From Gemmatimonadota bacterium (GTDB taxonomy: Bacteria > Latescibacterota > UBA2968 > UBA8231): a stretch of DNA of 64,000 nucleotides. The notes under the pieces are model-generated. The model was not told the DNA's origin, searched no databases, and worked only from the letters and a program-made list of their open reading frames with translations. Both the position numbers and the translations under genes were made by a program. Shown piece after piece: positions 27,929 through 38,212 of the stretch; positions within the stretch are counted from its first letter, which is position 1, and each line of letters starts with the position of its first letter. Where the stretch lies: contig JAYOYH010000003.1 of assembly GCA_038153405.1 (NCBI GenBank), forward strand, positions 98,460 to 162,459, given 5' to 3'.

Positions 27929-30129
27929 TGTAACGCCCTCCCCCAAAACGCACTGAGCTTTTGACAGACGACCGCCTGCCGCGTCGGGCGCATGCGCGTA
28001 GCCAACGGAATTTCGCGACTCCAGCTAATGGCCAAGTAGCGGCGCGCCCGCGTGATGGCCACGTAGAACAGACGCAGGCGCTCGGCGATCACTTCCACGT
28101 GTGCCATATCCGTAGCCGATAGACGCCCGGCCTGCCATTCGCCAATCAGGCCGAGCAGTTCGGCGCGCGCCTCTTCGCCGGGATCGCCGCCTAAAAATTC
28201 GTATTCGCCGCGAAAGTGGTCTTCCAGATCGTAGGGAAACCAATCCCGGTCGGCGCCGACGATATAGACCAAATCCCACTCTAGGCCCTTGGCCTTGTGC
28301 ATGGTTGTCAGCGAGATGCGACCGGGACGCGGGGCGAAGAGGTCGTCGTCATCCAGCGCCGCGGCGCGTCCGCGCGCGGCTAGCCCCAATTCGCGAGCGA
28401 GCTCTGGCAGGCGCCACTCCGGATTGGCATCGGTGCGGGCGCGCAAGAATGTGGCCAGCTTTTGCGCCCTCGCCATATCGGCAGCGCGAAATAGGTCCTG
28501 GGCAATGCTCATTACTAACTGGTCGACCGGCAGCGCGGCAGCGCGCAGCCAGCGGCGCATATAACGGCAAAAGACGGCGATGGCGCGCAGGTCGAGCGGA
28601 TCTATTTCGCCAACCGGAGGCAAGGCATCGCGCGGATCGCTACCCTCCCGCGGAAAGAGCAGCGCCTCCGGTCGGTAGCAACTGCGCAGCAGCGTGGCCA
28701 CCTCCTCCTCGCTGCCGGGCCCGCGCTCGTCGGGCCAGTAGGTGCGCAGCGCGCGATAGGCTCGCTCCATATGCCCGCGCTTAAGCGGTTCGGCCAAATA
28801 GGACAGAACGTGCGATAGCACGTCGCCGACCTGTCGCGCCGAGTGGGCACTTTGCAGGACTTCGTCAAAATCTACCCCCACCTCGCGCAGCACGTCGGCC
28901 ATGGCGTAACCCAAGCGGTTGGTGGGAACGAGGATGGCCAATGTAAGGTGGGGACTGCGCCGGCAAAAAGCACCGGCCCGACGCGCCACGTCGCGCATCT
29001 CGTCGCCGCGATTGTTGTATTCGCGAAAAGCGATATCGCTCTCGTTATCAAGCGGGTTTTGCTGTGGATCTTCCCCATCCGTTGGGCGAATGTGCTGTGA
29101 ACGGAATGCCCGCTCGCGCACCTCATCAAGCGCGTGTTCGCAGCAGGTCCAATCGACCAAATAATTGGCCAGTCGGATGATCTTAGGCGCACAGCGTCCC
29201 GAAATCGACATCTCCAGCGTCTGGACGTCTTCGCGCGCCAAAAATCGGCGCAAATAGCGCGGGTCAGCCGCGGTAAATGTGCTCATTATCGCTTGGTTGG
29301 GATCGCCGACGCGGATCCAGTTTCCCTCGTCCTGCCCCAACAGGGCCAGTAGGGCTTCCTGCAGCGGCACGCTGTCCTGCGCCTCGTCCTCCAACACGAT
29401 GGGCCAGCGCCTTGCCAAACGCGCGCGCAAATCGGCGTGATCTTCCAGCAAATCGACGGCACATCGCACCAAATCGGTGAAGTCGAGTCCGCCCATTGTG
29501 TCCACTTGTTGCTGATATAATTGGTATAGCTCCGCCCCAATGCGCAAAAAGAGGTTCAGCTCGTCGCCGCCCCCCGAAGCGATTCGGGCCAATAGATCGT
29601 CCGGCGACAGACGGCGGTTTTTGGCCGCGGTGATAACCGTCCATCCCACCGTCCGCGCAATAGAGCGCCATTCGCGCTCCCAGCGCTCGTCGTAATAATC
29701 GCCCGGGGCGAGCCCACCCCACGTGCGCTCGTTGCGCCCGTTCCAAATGCGCACGGCCTTGTCGAGCAGATCCGAGCTCGCGCGGTCGTCCAATACGCTG
29801 AACTCGCTGGCGACACCGGCCAGCCCCGCATTGGCCTGCACGATGCCGTAGGAGAGGCTATGCAGCGTGCGCACGTCGTAGCCGACCTGCACGTGTCCCA
29901 TCCGCTCTAGCGCCTGGCGAATGCGCGTGCGCACATTGTCGACGGCCGCCGTCTGGTAGGTGACGATCAGCACTTGCCCTGCCGCCGTCTGCCGCTGTTC
30001 GATCAAACGCGTTGCCAGGGCGACAATGGTCGCCGTCTTCCCGCTGCCCGGCACCGCTGAAACGCCCATCAAACCGCGTTCGTATTCGAGTAGTTGGCGC
30101 TGACCTTCGCGCGGCTCAAATGCGTTCAT
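27925..30129 (-). CDS. UvrD/Rep-family (SF1A) ATP-dependent helicase
   Basis: AVPGSGKT, TLHSL, DEAQD, VGDPNQAI, TMHKAKGLEWD, RLFYVAITRARR. Confidence 0.92.
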   Translation of the reverse strand: MNAFEPREGQRQLLEYERGLMGVSAVPGSGKTATIVALATRLIEQRQTAAGQVLIVTYQTAAVDNVRTRIRQALERMGHVQVGYDVRTLHSLSYGIVQANAGLAGVASEFSVLDDRASSDLLDKAVRIWNGRNERTWGGLAPGDYYDERWEREWRSIARTVGWTVITAAKNRRLSPDDLLARIASGGGDELNLFLRIGAELYQLYQQQVDTMGGLDFTDLVRCAVDLLEDHADLRARLARRWPIVLEDEAQDSVPLQEALLALLGQDEGNWIRVGDPNQAIMSTFTAADPRYLRRFLAREDVQTLEMSISGRCAPKIIRLANYLVDWTCCEHALDEVRERAFRSQHIRPTDGEDPQQNPLDNESDIAFREYNNRGDEMRDVARRAGAFCRRSPHLTLAILVPTNRLGYAMADVLREVGVDFDEVLQSAHSARQVGDVLSHVLSYLAEPLKRGHMERAYRALRTYWPDERGPGSEEEVATLLRSCYRPEALLFPREGSDPRDALPPVGEIDPLDLRAIAVFCRYMRRWLRAAALPVDQLVMSIAQDLFRAADMARAQKLATFLRARTDANPEWRLPELARELGLAARGRAAALDDDDLFAPRPGRISLTTMHKAKGLEWDLVYIVGADRDWFPYDLEDHFRGEYEFLGGDPGEEARAELLGLIGEWQAGRLSATDMAHVEVIAERLRLFYVAITRARRYLAISWSREIPLATRMRPTRQAVVCQKLSAFWGRALQ

Positions 30130-32198
30130 CGCTCGCCCTGCAGCACCTGTTGAACGGCCATCAGCAGCGGACTATCCTGCGCTTCACCCCGCCCCTCGCG
30201 CTCACTGGAACACAGGTAGATTCCATCGCGGCAGCGCAGGGCCAGGCCGCGCACGAGTCGGTGCAGACTTCGATTGCGCAGCGAAAAGTCAACCGCGTCA
30301 GTCCAGCGCTCTTGTCGATCCCAGCGCCGGGTCAGTACGTGGTGGTTGGTCAGCGGTTGGTGCAGCGCATCCCACCAAGCCAGCGAACCAACGTCGAGCC
30401 AGAAATGGTAGCGGGCAACGTGGCCGCTGAGCAAGTAGGTATACACCGGCGCGACCAGCGCAATGGAATCCGGAGCCGTAGCCACATCGGCGTCGGTCAA
30501 ATGCTGGGCGGCAACTACCCCCGACATGACCATTTCTGCATAGCGCAGCCCGACCTCGGCGGCGGCAAGTCCCAGCGCGGGGGCCACGCGGCGAAAGGCC
30601 GAGGCCGAGGCGATGAGTTTGCTGTAGACTGCAGCGCCGTCAGGCTCGATATGCGGCCCGGCCAGCACTTCGCCAAAGAGCCGACGAAGAAAATGGTCGA
30701 AGGGCGCCACGGCCCCCGTTCGGTAGGTCTCTAACCAGGTTTGTAGCGCGCCGTAGCGCGCCAGCGCAGCGGAACCCAAGCGTTCGACCTGCACGCCCTC
30801 TACTCCGTGCAGTGGACTCAGCGCACCCGCCGATTCGTCGTAAAACCACTGGACCAACAGTGCGGCCCGCAGCGGATCCAACGGCGCGAGGGCCAGCGTC
30901 AGGGCCTCGCACACATCAAAGGCCGTAGGCGAGGGGGACCATTGGGGATGGGCTAGGCCCGCCAGCGTCAAACAGGAACGCACGATGGGCTCTTCGCGCA
31001 GCGACTCGTAGCGTCGCACGATGGCAAAGGGGATATCGGCACCGACAAAAGCCTCGGCCAGCAAGAAGCGCAGCACGCCGTCAGCATGGGGTGCCACGAC
31101 GGCGATATCGCCGGGGGCCACACCCTTCGCAACTAAATCGACCACCCGCTGGACCACGACTTCGATCATCTGCGTGCGATAGGGCATGCGGAGCAGATCG
31201 ACGACGGCCCGGCGACTGCGCCCCGCAGAAAAGCCGGCCGGCCCCTGTCCGAGTTGCTCGCCGATGCGCCCCGCAAAATGCACTAGATCGGGCGAGGCGC
31301 ATTCCTCCTCGCGCGCGGCAATGCGCTCTCGGCACTGGGCGGCCAATTCGGCACATCCGGCGGCATCGGCACCGAGGAACGAGCGGAACCCGCCGCGATC
31401 GTCGCCTGCGAGCAGGGCCGATTCGCATCGAGGCAGCAAGCGCGCAATTAAATCGTGGGCAATCGGCACCATCTCGTCTACCGAATCGACGATGAGATGG
31501 CGATAGCGCTCGGTGAAATAGCGCCAGAACGCCTCGCGCGAAACGAGGTGACTGGTAAAGAGTTCAAATACCAATGAGGCGTCGAGCAGGCCGTGCTGCA
31601 GGCAGTGCCCTCGGAACAGTTCGATGCAGTGCTGCACCTGCTCGTAGTAGCGCAGTCGCCCGTCTTCGCCAACCCAGGCCTCGCGCAGACGCGGCCCTAC
31701 CTCCCCCAGCGGAAAGCCGCTGACAGCGGCTTTATTCAGGTCGTCCAAGAGCTGCGAGAGCACCCGCTGAGGCCGCATGGTCAGCCCCTCGAAATAGCCC
31801 TGGGCAAGGAGCGGCTGTACGAGAGTAGCGAGCGCGTACTGCGCCGACTCGTAATTGAGAAAGACGGGCGCTTTTTCCGGCGCAGCAAAGCCCGCATCGG
31901 CGGCGACCAATGGCCAGAAGAGGCGAATGAGCCGCATGGCCAAGCCGTAATACGTCTGCAGTTCGACTTCGCTGTTGGGCCCCCATTCGAGCTGCCCCAT
32001 CTGTTCGCGGAATAGGCGAACCGTGGCGCGGTCGGGGTGCAATACCAACAGCGAGTAGCCCGAAACGCCCGACTCGAGCAAGAAGCGCAGGCGCTCTAAC
32101 TGGACCTGGCGCTGGCCGGCCACCAGCGGCCCGCCCAGAAAACAGGTGTGATTCCCCGCTATAGGCCCGCGAATTGCCTGGGCAAATTGGGGTACCAT
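30126..32198 (-). CDS. Inactive helicase-like partner (AddB/AdnA N-terminal-like, no nuclease domain)
   Basis: ATG at 32198 with GAGGT RBS; degenerate Walker A (GPLVAGQR) and B (IVDSVDE); GDIAVVAP; ATGA overlap with the helicase. Confidence 0.7.
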   Translation of the reverse strand: MVPQFAQAIRGPIAGNHTCFLGGPLVAGQRQVQLERLRFLLESGVSGYSLLVLHPDRATVRLFREQMGQLEWGPNSEVELQTYYGLAMRLIRLFWPLVAADAGFAAPEKAPVFLNYESAQYALATLVQPLLAQGYFEGLTMRPQRVLSQLLDDLNKAAVSGFPLGEVGPRLREAWVGEDGRLRYYEQVQHCIELFRGHCLQHGLLDASLVFELFTSHLVSREAFWRYFTERYRHLIVDSVDEMVPIAHDLIARLLPRCESALLAGDDRGGFRSFLGADAAGCAELAAQCRERIAAREEECASPDLVHFAGRIGEQLGQGPAGFSAGRSRRAVVDLLRMPYRTQMIEVVVQRVVDLVAKGVAPGDIAVVAPHADGVLRFLLAEAFVGADIPFAIVRRYESLREEPIVRSCLTLAGLAHPQWSPSPTAFDVCEALTLALAPLDPLRAALLVQWFYDESAGALSPLHGVEGVQVERLGSAALARYGALQTWLETYRTGAVAPFDHFLRRLFGEVLAGPHIEPDGAAVYSKLIASASAFRRVAPALGLAAAEVGLRYAEMVMSGVVAAQHLTDADVATAPDSIALVAPVYTYLLSGHVARYHFWLDVGSLAWWDALHQPLTNHHVLTRRWDRQERWTDAVDFSLRNRSLHRLVRGLALRCRDGIYLCSSEREGRGEAQDSPLLMAVQQVLQGER

Positions 32199-32268
32199 AA
32201 GCACCTCAAAATAAAATGGGACGGGCAAACACCCCCATCCCACTCAAATTAAAACGCATTAGAAACAG

Positions 32269-32736
32269 CTATTTATGATTGCTTTTATGTTCTGTAAAGA
32301 CATCGAGAACTTCGGTGGCATCGCTCGCTTCAATTAGGCGCGAGCGCACCTCTTCGTCCTGCAGCAAACGCGAGAGCGAAGCCAGCAGCTCCATATGCTG
32401 CTTTTGATGCTTTTTCGGCGTGGCGAGCAAGGCCACGATGTGGACCGGATTGCCATCAATGGAGTCGAAATCGATGCCGTCGCGCGATATGCCTACTGCC
32501 AAGAGCTGGCGAGCAATGCCGTCGTCGTGCGCATGGGGAACGGCCACGCCTTTACCAATGCCGGTGGAGGCCTGGCGCTCTCTGCGGATTATATCGGCGA
32601 TAAAGTGCTTGCAGTCGGCTACATCGCTGTCGTTTTCAAACAGCGAGGCCAGTTCGCGAATGGCGTCCAGATTGCGCTGTGCGCGCAGTCCGACAATCAC
32701 ATTTTCCGGCTTAAGTATACGCGCCCATTTATCCAT
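32269..32736 (-). CDS. PTS EIIA (Fru/Ntr-type) protein
   Basis: RERQASTGIGKGVAVPHA, GIDFDSIDGNPVHIV, HMELLASLSRLL. Confidence 0.9.
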   Translation of the reverse strand: MDKWARILKPENVIVGLRAQRNLDAIRELASLFENDSDVADCKHFIADIIRRERQASTGIGKGVAVPHAHDDGIARQLLAVGISRDGIDFDSIDGNPVHIVALLATPKKHQKQHMELLASLSRLLQDEEVRSRLIEASDATEVLDVFTEHKSNHK

Positions 32737-32759
32737 AGAATAGCTCCGCCAACGCGCAA

Positions 32760-32787
32760 AAAGTAATCATCGCACGGGCAAAGTCAA
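32760..32787 (-). promoter_or_regulatory. Putative sigma70 promoter for the EIIA gene
   Basis: Minus strand TTGACT-N16-TACTTT upstream of ATG 32736. Confidence 0.4.
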
Positions 32788-32798
32788 TACGTCCCGCC

Positions 32799-32832
32799 GC
32801 ATGATAACTGCTCTTTTGGGCAGTTATCATGC
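32799..32832. repeat. Perfect 13-bp inverted repeat (hairpin or operator)
   Basis: GCATGATAACTGC-tcttttgg-GCAGTTATCATGC, 6 nt past the stop at 32839; no clear U-tract. Confidence 0.7.
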
Positions 32833-32838
32833 ATTCTC

Positions 32839-34635
32839 TTACCGCCCCTCTACCTGCCGTATCCTGGCCATGAGCTGATGGCCGTATGGCTGAAAAGGGT
32901 CGATCTCGATGGCTTTTTCGGCGTGAAATGCAGCGCGCTTTACATCGCCCAGGCGCAGCGCCATGAGCCCTGTATTAAACTGGACCGTGCGAGAGTCATA
33001 CGCCACGTCAGCCGCTCGGGCGTAGGCGGCTTTGGCCGACTCATAGTCGCCCCTCTCCCGCGCCTGTTCCCCCAGCATAAACCAGTAATTGCTCTGAATC
33101 TTGCGCACCCAAGGATCCAAATTATCGGCGCTCAACTCGGCGTTGGCCATTTCGATGGGTCGAGCCAGCGCCGCGCCGCGCCGCACATCGCCCTCAGGCA
33201 TGAGTTGGTATACCAGTCCCGAAGGGACAAAGGCGTAATTGGGCAGCGGTGACCTCCTGCGCACGAGATAGAACAGCGGTGCGGCGCCCTGCGCCAGAGC
33301 CGCTTCGCGCTGCTGCTGCAGGGCGCGCTGCCGCCCCGGCGCAGCCCTGCGCTCGGCTGCGCTGAGCATATCCATGCCGCGGCCGACGCGGTTGTAAAGG
33401 GTCAGGTCGGGGCGCGCCTTTTCCACGCGCAGCAAATAGTCGAGAACAAAGGCCACATCGTCCCCCTCTGTCACGAGTACTGCACCGGCCGGCAGGTCGT
33501 CCAAAATATCGAGGCCGTAGCGCTCGGCAATGCGATTATTGCTGAGGTCGACTTGGTTGTACTGCCAGAAAAAGGCGGCGGCGGCAACGACCACCCCCAC
33601 GTAGCGGCCGCCCAGTTGGGGAACGCGGCGCGCCATATCGTCGAGCCCGACGCCCAGCCAAAGCGCCAAGCAGACATAGCTCACCAAAAAGAATACGCCG
33701 ATGCCGTTGGGATCGCGGTGGTAATTTAGCGCGACGATTAAATTGGCCAACAGTCCACCGCTCGTCAGCACAAATAGACTGCGATCGCGCCGCCAGGCAA
33801 CGAATGCGCCCCACAGCGCAATGGGCAGTACCAGCACGTGCCATTCGTGCGCAACATGGTTTGCCCAGCGCTGCGCATTGAGCACCATACCCTCTACGGG
33901 CAAAGAAAAGAAAGAACTGCGGTAGGTCGCCCCTGTCAGATGGTCCCACAGCGCGTGTGCCGTCCCCAGGTCGCCCCAGTGAAAACCGGGGCCTATGCCA
34001 TTGCGCAACGGCAAATACAGAACGAGGCTATAGGCCGCCGCCGCGCTCGCCATCCCTCCTAATAGATAGCGACCGCGCACAAGGAGCCCCGGCCAGCGCC
34101 ACGCCAGGAAGACGAGCAAACCGGGCATCAACAGGATCTGGTTTAAATGCGCGGTCAAACCCAACCCCATGCACCAGCACGCCATCAGCAGCGCCCGCAG
34201 CGAATGCTGCTCGCCGGCGCGCAGCCCCCAGCCCAAAGCGAGGATCCACAGGGCCATCGAAAGGCCGTACACTTCGGCGATAATGGCCTGACTCCAATAG
34301 GTGTGGGAAAAGGCCAAGCACAGCGCCGCGGCCCCAGCGACCAGCGGCTGAATACCCCGGCTGCACAGCAGCCAAGCCAGCGCCGCACAGCCGGAGGCGC
34401 CAAAGAGTGCGGATGCGAAGTTGATTTGTAGCGCAGGACTGCCCCACGGCAGCAGCGAAGCGATCATACGCGCGCCCAGAACAAAGAGCGGATAGCCCGT
34501 AGGATGGGGCGTGCCTAAGTAGTAGGCAGCGCCAATCAGTTCGCCGCTGCCCTCGACGTATACGGTCGGGCACAGGGTGGCAATATAGGCAGCCAACGAT
34601 AGGATGCCGCATCCGAACATAACCCAGCCCTTCAT
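32839..34635 (-). CDS. DUF2723/TMEM260-like GT-C membrane glycosyltransferase with C-terminal TPR
   Basis: Start moved to ATG 34635; SGEL...LGTPHPTGYPLF, WSQAIIAEVYGL, YLPLR, GDD..F.L.YL..VE..RPDL; C-terminal TPR. Confidence 0.82.
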   Translation of the reverse strand: MKGWVMFGCGILSLAAYIATLCPTVYVEGSGELIGAAYYLGTPHPTGYPLFVLGARMIASLLPWGSPALQINFASALFGASGCAALAWLLCSRGIQPLVAGAAALCLAFSHTYWSQAIIAEVYGLSMALWILALGWGLRAGEQHSLRALLMACWCMGLGLTAHLNQILLMPGLLVFLAWRWPGLLVRGRYLLGGMASAAAAYSLVLYLPLRNGIGPGFHWGDLGTAHALWDHLTGATYRSSFFSLPVEGMVLNAQRWANHVAHEWHVLVLPIALWGAFVAWRRDRSLFVLTSGGLLANLIVALNYHRDPNGIGVFFLVSYVCLALWLGVGLDDMARRVPQLGGRYVGVVVAAAAFFWQYNQVDLSNNRIAERYGLDILDDLPAGAVLVTEGDDVAFVLDYLLRVEKARPDLTLYNRVGRGMDMLSAAERRAAPGRQRALQQQREAALAQGAAPLFYLVRRRSPLPNYAFVPSGLVYQLMPEGDVRRGAALARPIEMANAELSADNLDPWVRKIQSNYWFMLGEQARERGDYESAKAAYARAADVAYDSRTVQFNTGLMALRLGDVKRAAFHAEKAIEIDPFQPYGHQLMARIRQVEGR

Positions 34636-34637
34636 AC

Positions 34638-37070
34638 TCAGCCCCCCCATCCGAGCAGCACGCGCGAGCGCTCTACCGCCGCGGCCCACAGCGGCCACTG
34701 CGTGCACGCCCCGTAGAGCAGAGCGACCAACACGCCTTGGGCACAGGCTACGGCAAGCGAACGCGCCGTGCCCAGCGGGCGCAGCGCATGCAAAGGCGAA
34801 GCCTGCGGCGTGCGGCGCCCCATCAGGACAAGAGCAAGGCACCAAGCGGCCCAGCCCACACCACTAACCCACAGCCCCATTCGAAAACTACTCGATTCAA
34901 AGCGAAAGACGACTTGGCGCGCGCCCGGCTCGACCCGCACGGCGCGAAAGACGTGGTTGGCCCTTAAAATCGGTCGTTCGATGCCGTCGACAAAGGCGCG
35001 CCAACCCGGATAGTAAGTATCGCTCAGCACCAGCATACCGCCGCCATTATCGCGCAGATCTACCACGACCTCCTCGTTGGCATAGCGCGTAATCTCGGCG
35101 TGCCCACCCCCCGCAGGTACGCGACCGGGAACGGGCTGTTCTTCCAGCAATACGCGCTCGACGCTAGCGGCTCCGCGCTGCAGTTGGCGCAGCCTCTCCC
35201 CGTCGTCTGTGACTACTGCGTAGTCGGCGGCAATATAGGCGCGTGGCGCGCTGTCCACGACTCGATACACCCGTATCTGGCCGTCGCTGATCGAGCGCAG
35301 ACCCGATTCGTTCATCGCCCCGTAGCTAATGGCATACTCTACTCCGGCTACGCGTGCGACCTGCGGATAGGCTCTGGCAAAATCCCAGTGGCGACTCAGA
35401 TGCAGCGGACTCCACCCCGGCATGGCATTGCCCAAGCCATAAAGTCCCCCGCTATAGGGACGCAGCGTCTCGGTATACCGCCGATATGAGGAGCGGTCTA
35501 CGGCCCAACCTGCGTGCCAGTCAAAGGGAGCATTTTGCTCGTTGACCAAGCTTATTACGCGGGCCGGCGCAATGCCCTGATGATCATCGGCAATGGCTTG
35601 GGCCGTCGGAGGAACCCGTTTGTATACTTCGGGCTCGACCACGGCGTTAAAATCACCGCCGAAAGTGTAGAGTTCCAGCAGCAGGATGCAGGGTACAAAT
35701 AGCACGGCCCCACGCCGAACCCACCCGGACAGCAGTACGTATCCAAACACCAGCACGAGGAACAATCGCAGTGCATCAAAGCGCAGATGTTCGGCATAGC
35801 GAACCAGATCCGATCCTCCGCGAGCGGCGAGCCACTCGCCATCGGAGACTAATACCTCTGCGTTGAGCCATAAAGCACTTGCTCCCAAAACCGCAAGAAA
35901 GACTACAAAGCCCCGGCCGCGCACTCGCCGTCTCTCTGCATCGAGCAGCGCGCTGCAGCCCAGTCCGGCCAAAGCACTTATCGCAAAGGTAAAAAAGAGC
36001 AGGAAACGCGTGGGTATGCGAAAAAAACTCAGGCCGGGTATGCCGTAGAGTAGCTCGAAAAAACCCGTGTACTCACCCAGTGCAAGCACCAGCCCTAGCC
36101 CAGCCAATAGCGCGAGAAAACCGACGGGTTCGCGGCGGTCGGCGCGCAGGGCAACCCACGCCAGCACCAGGGTCAGCACGCCGACAAAGGGGCATAGCTG
36201 AATAAAGAAACCGGCCGAGCGACCCCAGTAGGTGCTCTGCGCGGAATTGCCGTGCAGGTTGGGCAGCAGCAGTTCCAATAGGCGTTCGGGCGGCAGCGAC
36301 ATATTGACAAACTGCTGCCAGGAAACTCCCTCGCTGCGCACGGAAAGCTGCGTCAGTTCATATGTCGGTAGCAGCTGCACGGCGGCCAGCGCCACGCCAA
36401 TCATCGGCACCGCGGCCAGCGCGGCGTAATACGACCAAGATCTCCGCCCCACCAACCCCATATAAAGCCCATAGGCCATGCCGACGAGCAGGCCGTATCC
36501 TGCCGCCTGCGGATGGCCGGCCAGCAACTGCAGCGCCACAACCGCGCCCGCTCCTAGCAGATAGGCCCCGTTTCCGCGCTCGACAAAGCGTCCTACAAAG
36601 ATCAGCAAGACCGGCAGCCATGCACAGGCGTCTACGAAGTTGGGCGACATGGCGCGAACGACCATATAGCCGGAAAGGGCATAGGCCAACCCACCCGTTA
36701 GGGCGGCAACGGCTTGGGCGCGCCAGAGGCGCAGCAGCCCGTACATGCCCGCCGCCGCCAACCAGAGGTGAAAGGCGAGATTGAGGCTGATTCCCCAGTG
36801 GGTGGGCAGCGCGCTGGTAAGCCAGTTAAACGGGTAGAGCGGACCGGCCTGTCCCTCGGCCAGCAGGGGAAACCCGCAGTTAATCGCCGGGTCCCACAGG
36901 GGCAATTGGCCACCGCGCAGGTGGCGCGCAAAAAAGTCGCGGAACGGGTAGTTTTGCACCATGACGTCCTGGACAAAGAAGGCGCCACCCGCTAAGGTCG
37001 CCTGCCAGAAAAAACCCACCACCACCGCGGCTAGTAGGCCCAAATAGGCGCATTCTCGCCGCCAATTCAC
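34638..37070 (-). CDS. YfhO-family GT-C membrane protein
   Basis: GTG at 37070 (GTGA overlap); QNYPFR, LPLWDP..CGFPLLA, LLAGHPQ, QLLPT, FRIPTRF, LVLSDTYYPGWRAFVDG, ANHVFRAV. Confidence 0.87.
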   Translation of the reverse strand: MNWRRECAYLGLLAAVVVGFFWQATLAGGAFFVQDVMVQNYPFRDFFARHLRGGQLPLWDPAINCGFPLLAEGQAGPLYPFNWLTSALPTHWGISLNLAFHLWLAAAGMYGLLRLWRAQAVAALTGGLAYALSGYMVVRAMSPNFVDACAWLPVLLIFVGRFVERGNGAYLLGAGAVVALQLLAGHPQAAGYGLLVGMAYGLYMGLVGRRSWSYYAALAAVPMIGVALAAVQLLPTYELTQLSVRSEGVSWQQFVNMSLPPERLLELLLPNLHGNSAQSTYWGRSAGFFIQLCPFVGVLTLVLAWVALRADRREPVGFLALLAGLGLVLALGEYTGFFELLYGIPGLSFFRIPTRFLLFFTFAISALAGLGCSALLDAERRRVRGRGFVVFLAVLGASALWLNAEVLVSDGEWLAARGGSDLVRYAEHLRFDALRLFLVLVFGYVLLSGWVRRGAVLFVPCILLLELYTFGGDFNAVVEPEVYKRVPPTAQAIADDHQGIAPARVISLVNEQNAPFDWHAGWAVDRSSYRRYTETLRPYSGGLYGLGNAMPGWSPLHLSRHWDFARAYPQVARVAGVEYAISYGAMNESGLRSISDGQIRVYRVVDSAPRAYIAADYAVVTDDGERLRQLQRGAASVERVLLEEQPVPGRVPAGGGHAEITRYANEEVVVDLRDNGGGMLVLSDTYYPGWRAFVDGIERPILRANHVFRAVRVEPGARQVVFRFESSSFRMGLWVSGVGWAAWCLALVLMGRRTPQASPLHALRPLGTARSLAVACAQGVLVALLYGACTQWPLWAAAVERSRVLLGWGG

Positions 37071-38212
37071 CGAGCACCTTCTCCCTCGCCGCGGACGTGT
37101 TCGCACAGCGCAGCGGCGGCCAGCGCGTGCCCGCTGGCATTCCAATGGCTGTCGCGCAAATAGAGCGCGCGCTGCTGGGCGGCCGATGCAAAGCGAGGAT
37201 ATAAATCGAGTAAATCGATCCCGTAGCGGGAGGTGAGATCGGCCAAGTAGCGATTGGGTTTGTGCAGATCGTAGTCGGCGTCCAATCCGTGCAGCGCGCG
37301 CTTTTCCTGCCAATTGCGCTCTTCTATCTGCACGATCGACGGCGCATAGACGACGAGGAATTCGGCACCGGATTGGCGCACGGCCCTATTGAAGTCGCGC
37401 AATAGCATGCCGGTCAGTTCCCATACGGGCTGCCACTGGCCCTCGGCGTCCAGCCCGTATAGCCCGTCGTAAAACTGCGAATGCTGGGCAACAGCTCCCT
37501 CCGTCCGCAGCGCCTTTTCGACTAGGGCAAACACGTGCCAGTGCGAGCGCAAGTAGCGCTCGGCGCGCTGGCTGAGTGAACCCCCTTCATAACGATCCGC
37601 ATCCCAGTAGCGCGTTTTGCGCACCGGAACGCCCAGCAATTCGAGTCGGCCATCGCGCGCGGGGCGAAAATAGGGCTTGTAGCCCTGCTCGGCTCCAATG
37701 CCCCGCGACGAGGCATTGTTCCACAGATCGTTGCCGTAAAACAGCAATACGACAAGGTCGGGCTGGTAGACTTTCCCCAATTTCTCAAAGAGGAGATACG
37801 CCTGGTCCGTGCCGTAGCCTGCCACGCCAAAATTCAGCACTTCGACCGCTTCTCCCCTATCGCGCAGGCATGCCTGCAGACGCGTGCTGAGCATCTGGCC
37901 GCTTTCCACCCCCCAGCCTTCGGCAAAGGAATCGCCGAACACCAGCACCCGGCGAACCCCCTCTCCCTTTTGCCGCTGATGGGCCGGCGAGCGCAGGCCG
38001 TCCTCGTTGATTTCTATGTCAATATCGAACTCGGGCGTGACAAGGCGCCCCCGCCCGCCCGCCACGTGCGACCAGCCCAACTCGGCGTCAAACTGCCATA
38101 TATTGGGCGGACGGCGATGGACTTGTGGATGCCATACCGACAGCACGCCCTCGCACAGCAGCAATCCGGCAGCGAGGGCAAAGGCAGCCAAAAGCCAGGG
38201 CGTTCCCCTCAT
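37067..38212 (-). CDS. SGNH/GDSL hydrolase-family protein (possible O-acyl transferase or esterase)
   Basis: N-terminal TM anchor; GDSF, NFGVAGYG, GND, DSHWN motifs. Confidence 0.85.
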   Translation of the reverse strand: MRGTPWLLAAFALAAGLLLCEGVLSVWHPQVHRRPPNIWQFDAELGWSHVAGGRGRLVTPEFDIDIEINEDGLRSPAHQRQKGEGVRRVLVFGDSFAEGWGVESGQMLSTRLQACLRDRGEAVEVLNFGVAGYGTDQAYLLFEKLGKVYQPDLVVLLFYGNDLWNNASSRGIGAEQGYKPYFRPARDGRLELLGVPVRKTRYWDADRYEGGSLSQRAERYLRSHWHVFALVEKALRTEGAVAQHSQFYDGLYGLDAEGQWQPVWELTGMLLRDFNRAVRQSGAEFLVVYAPSIVQIEERNWQEKRALHGLDADYDLHKPNRYLADLTSRYGIDLLDLYPRFASAAQQRALYLRDSHWNASGHALAAAALCEHVRGEGEGAR

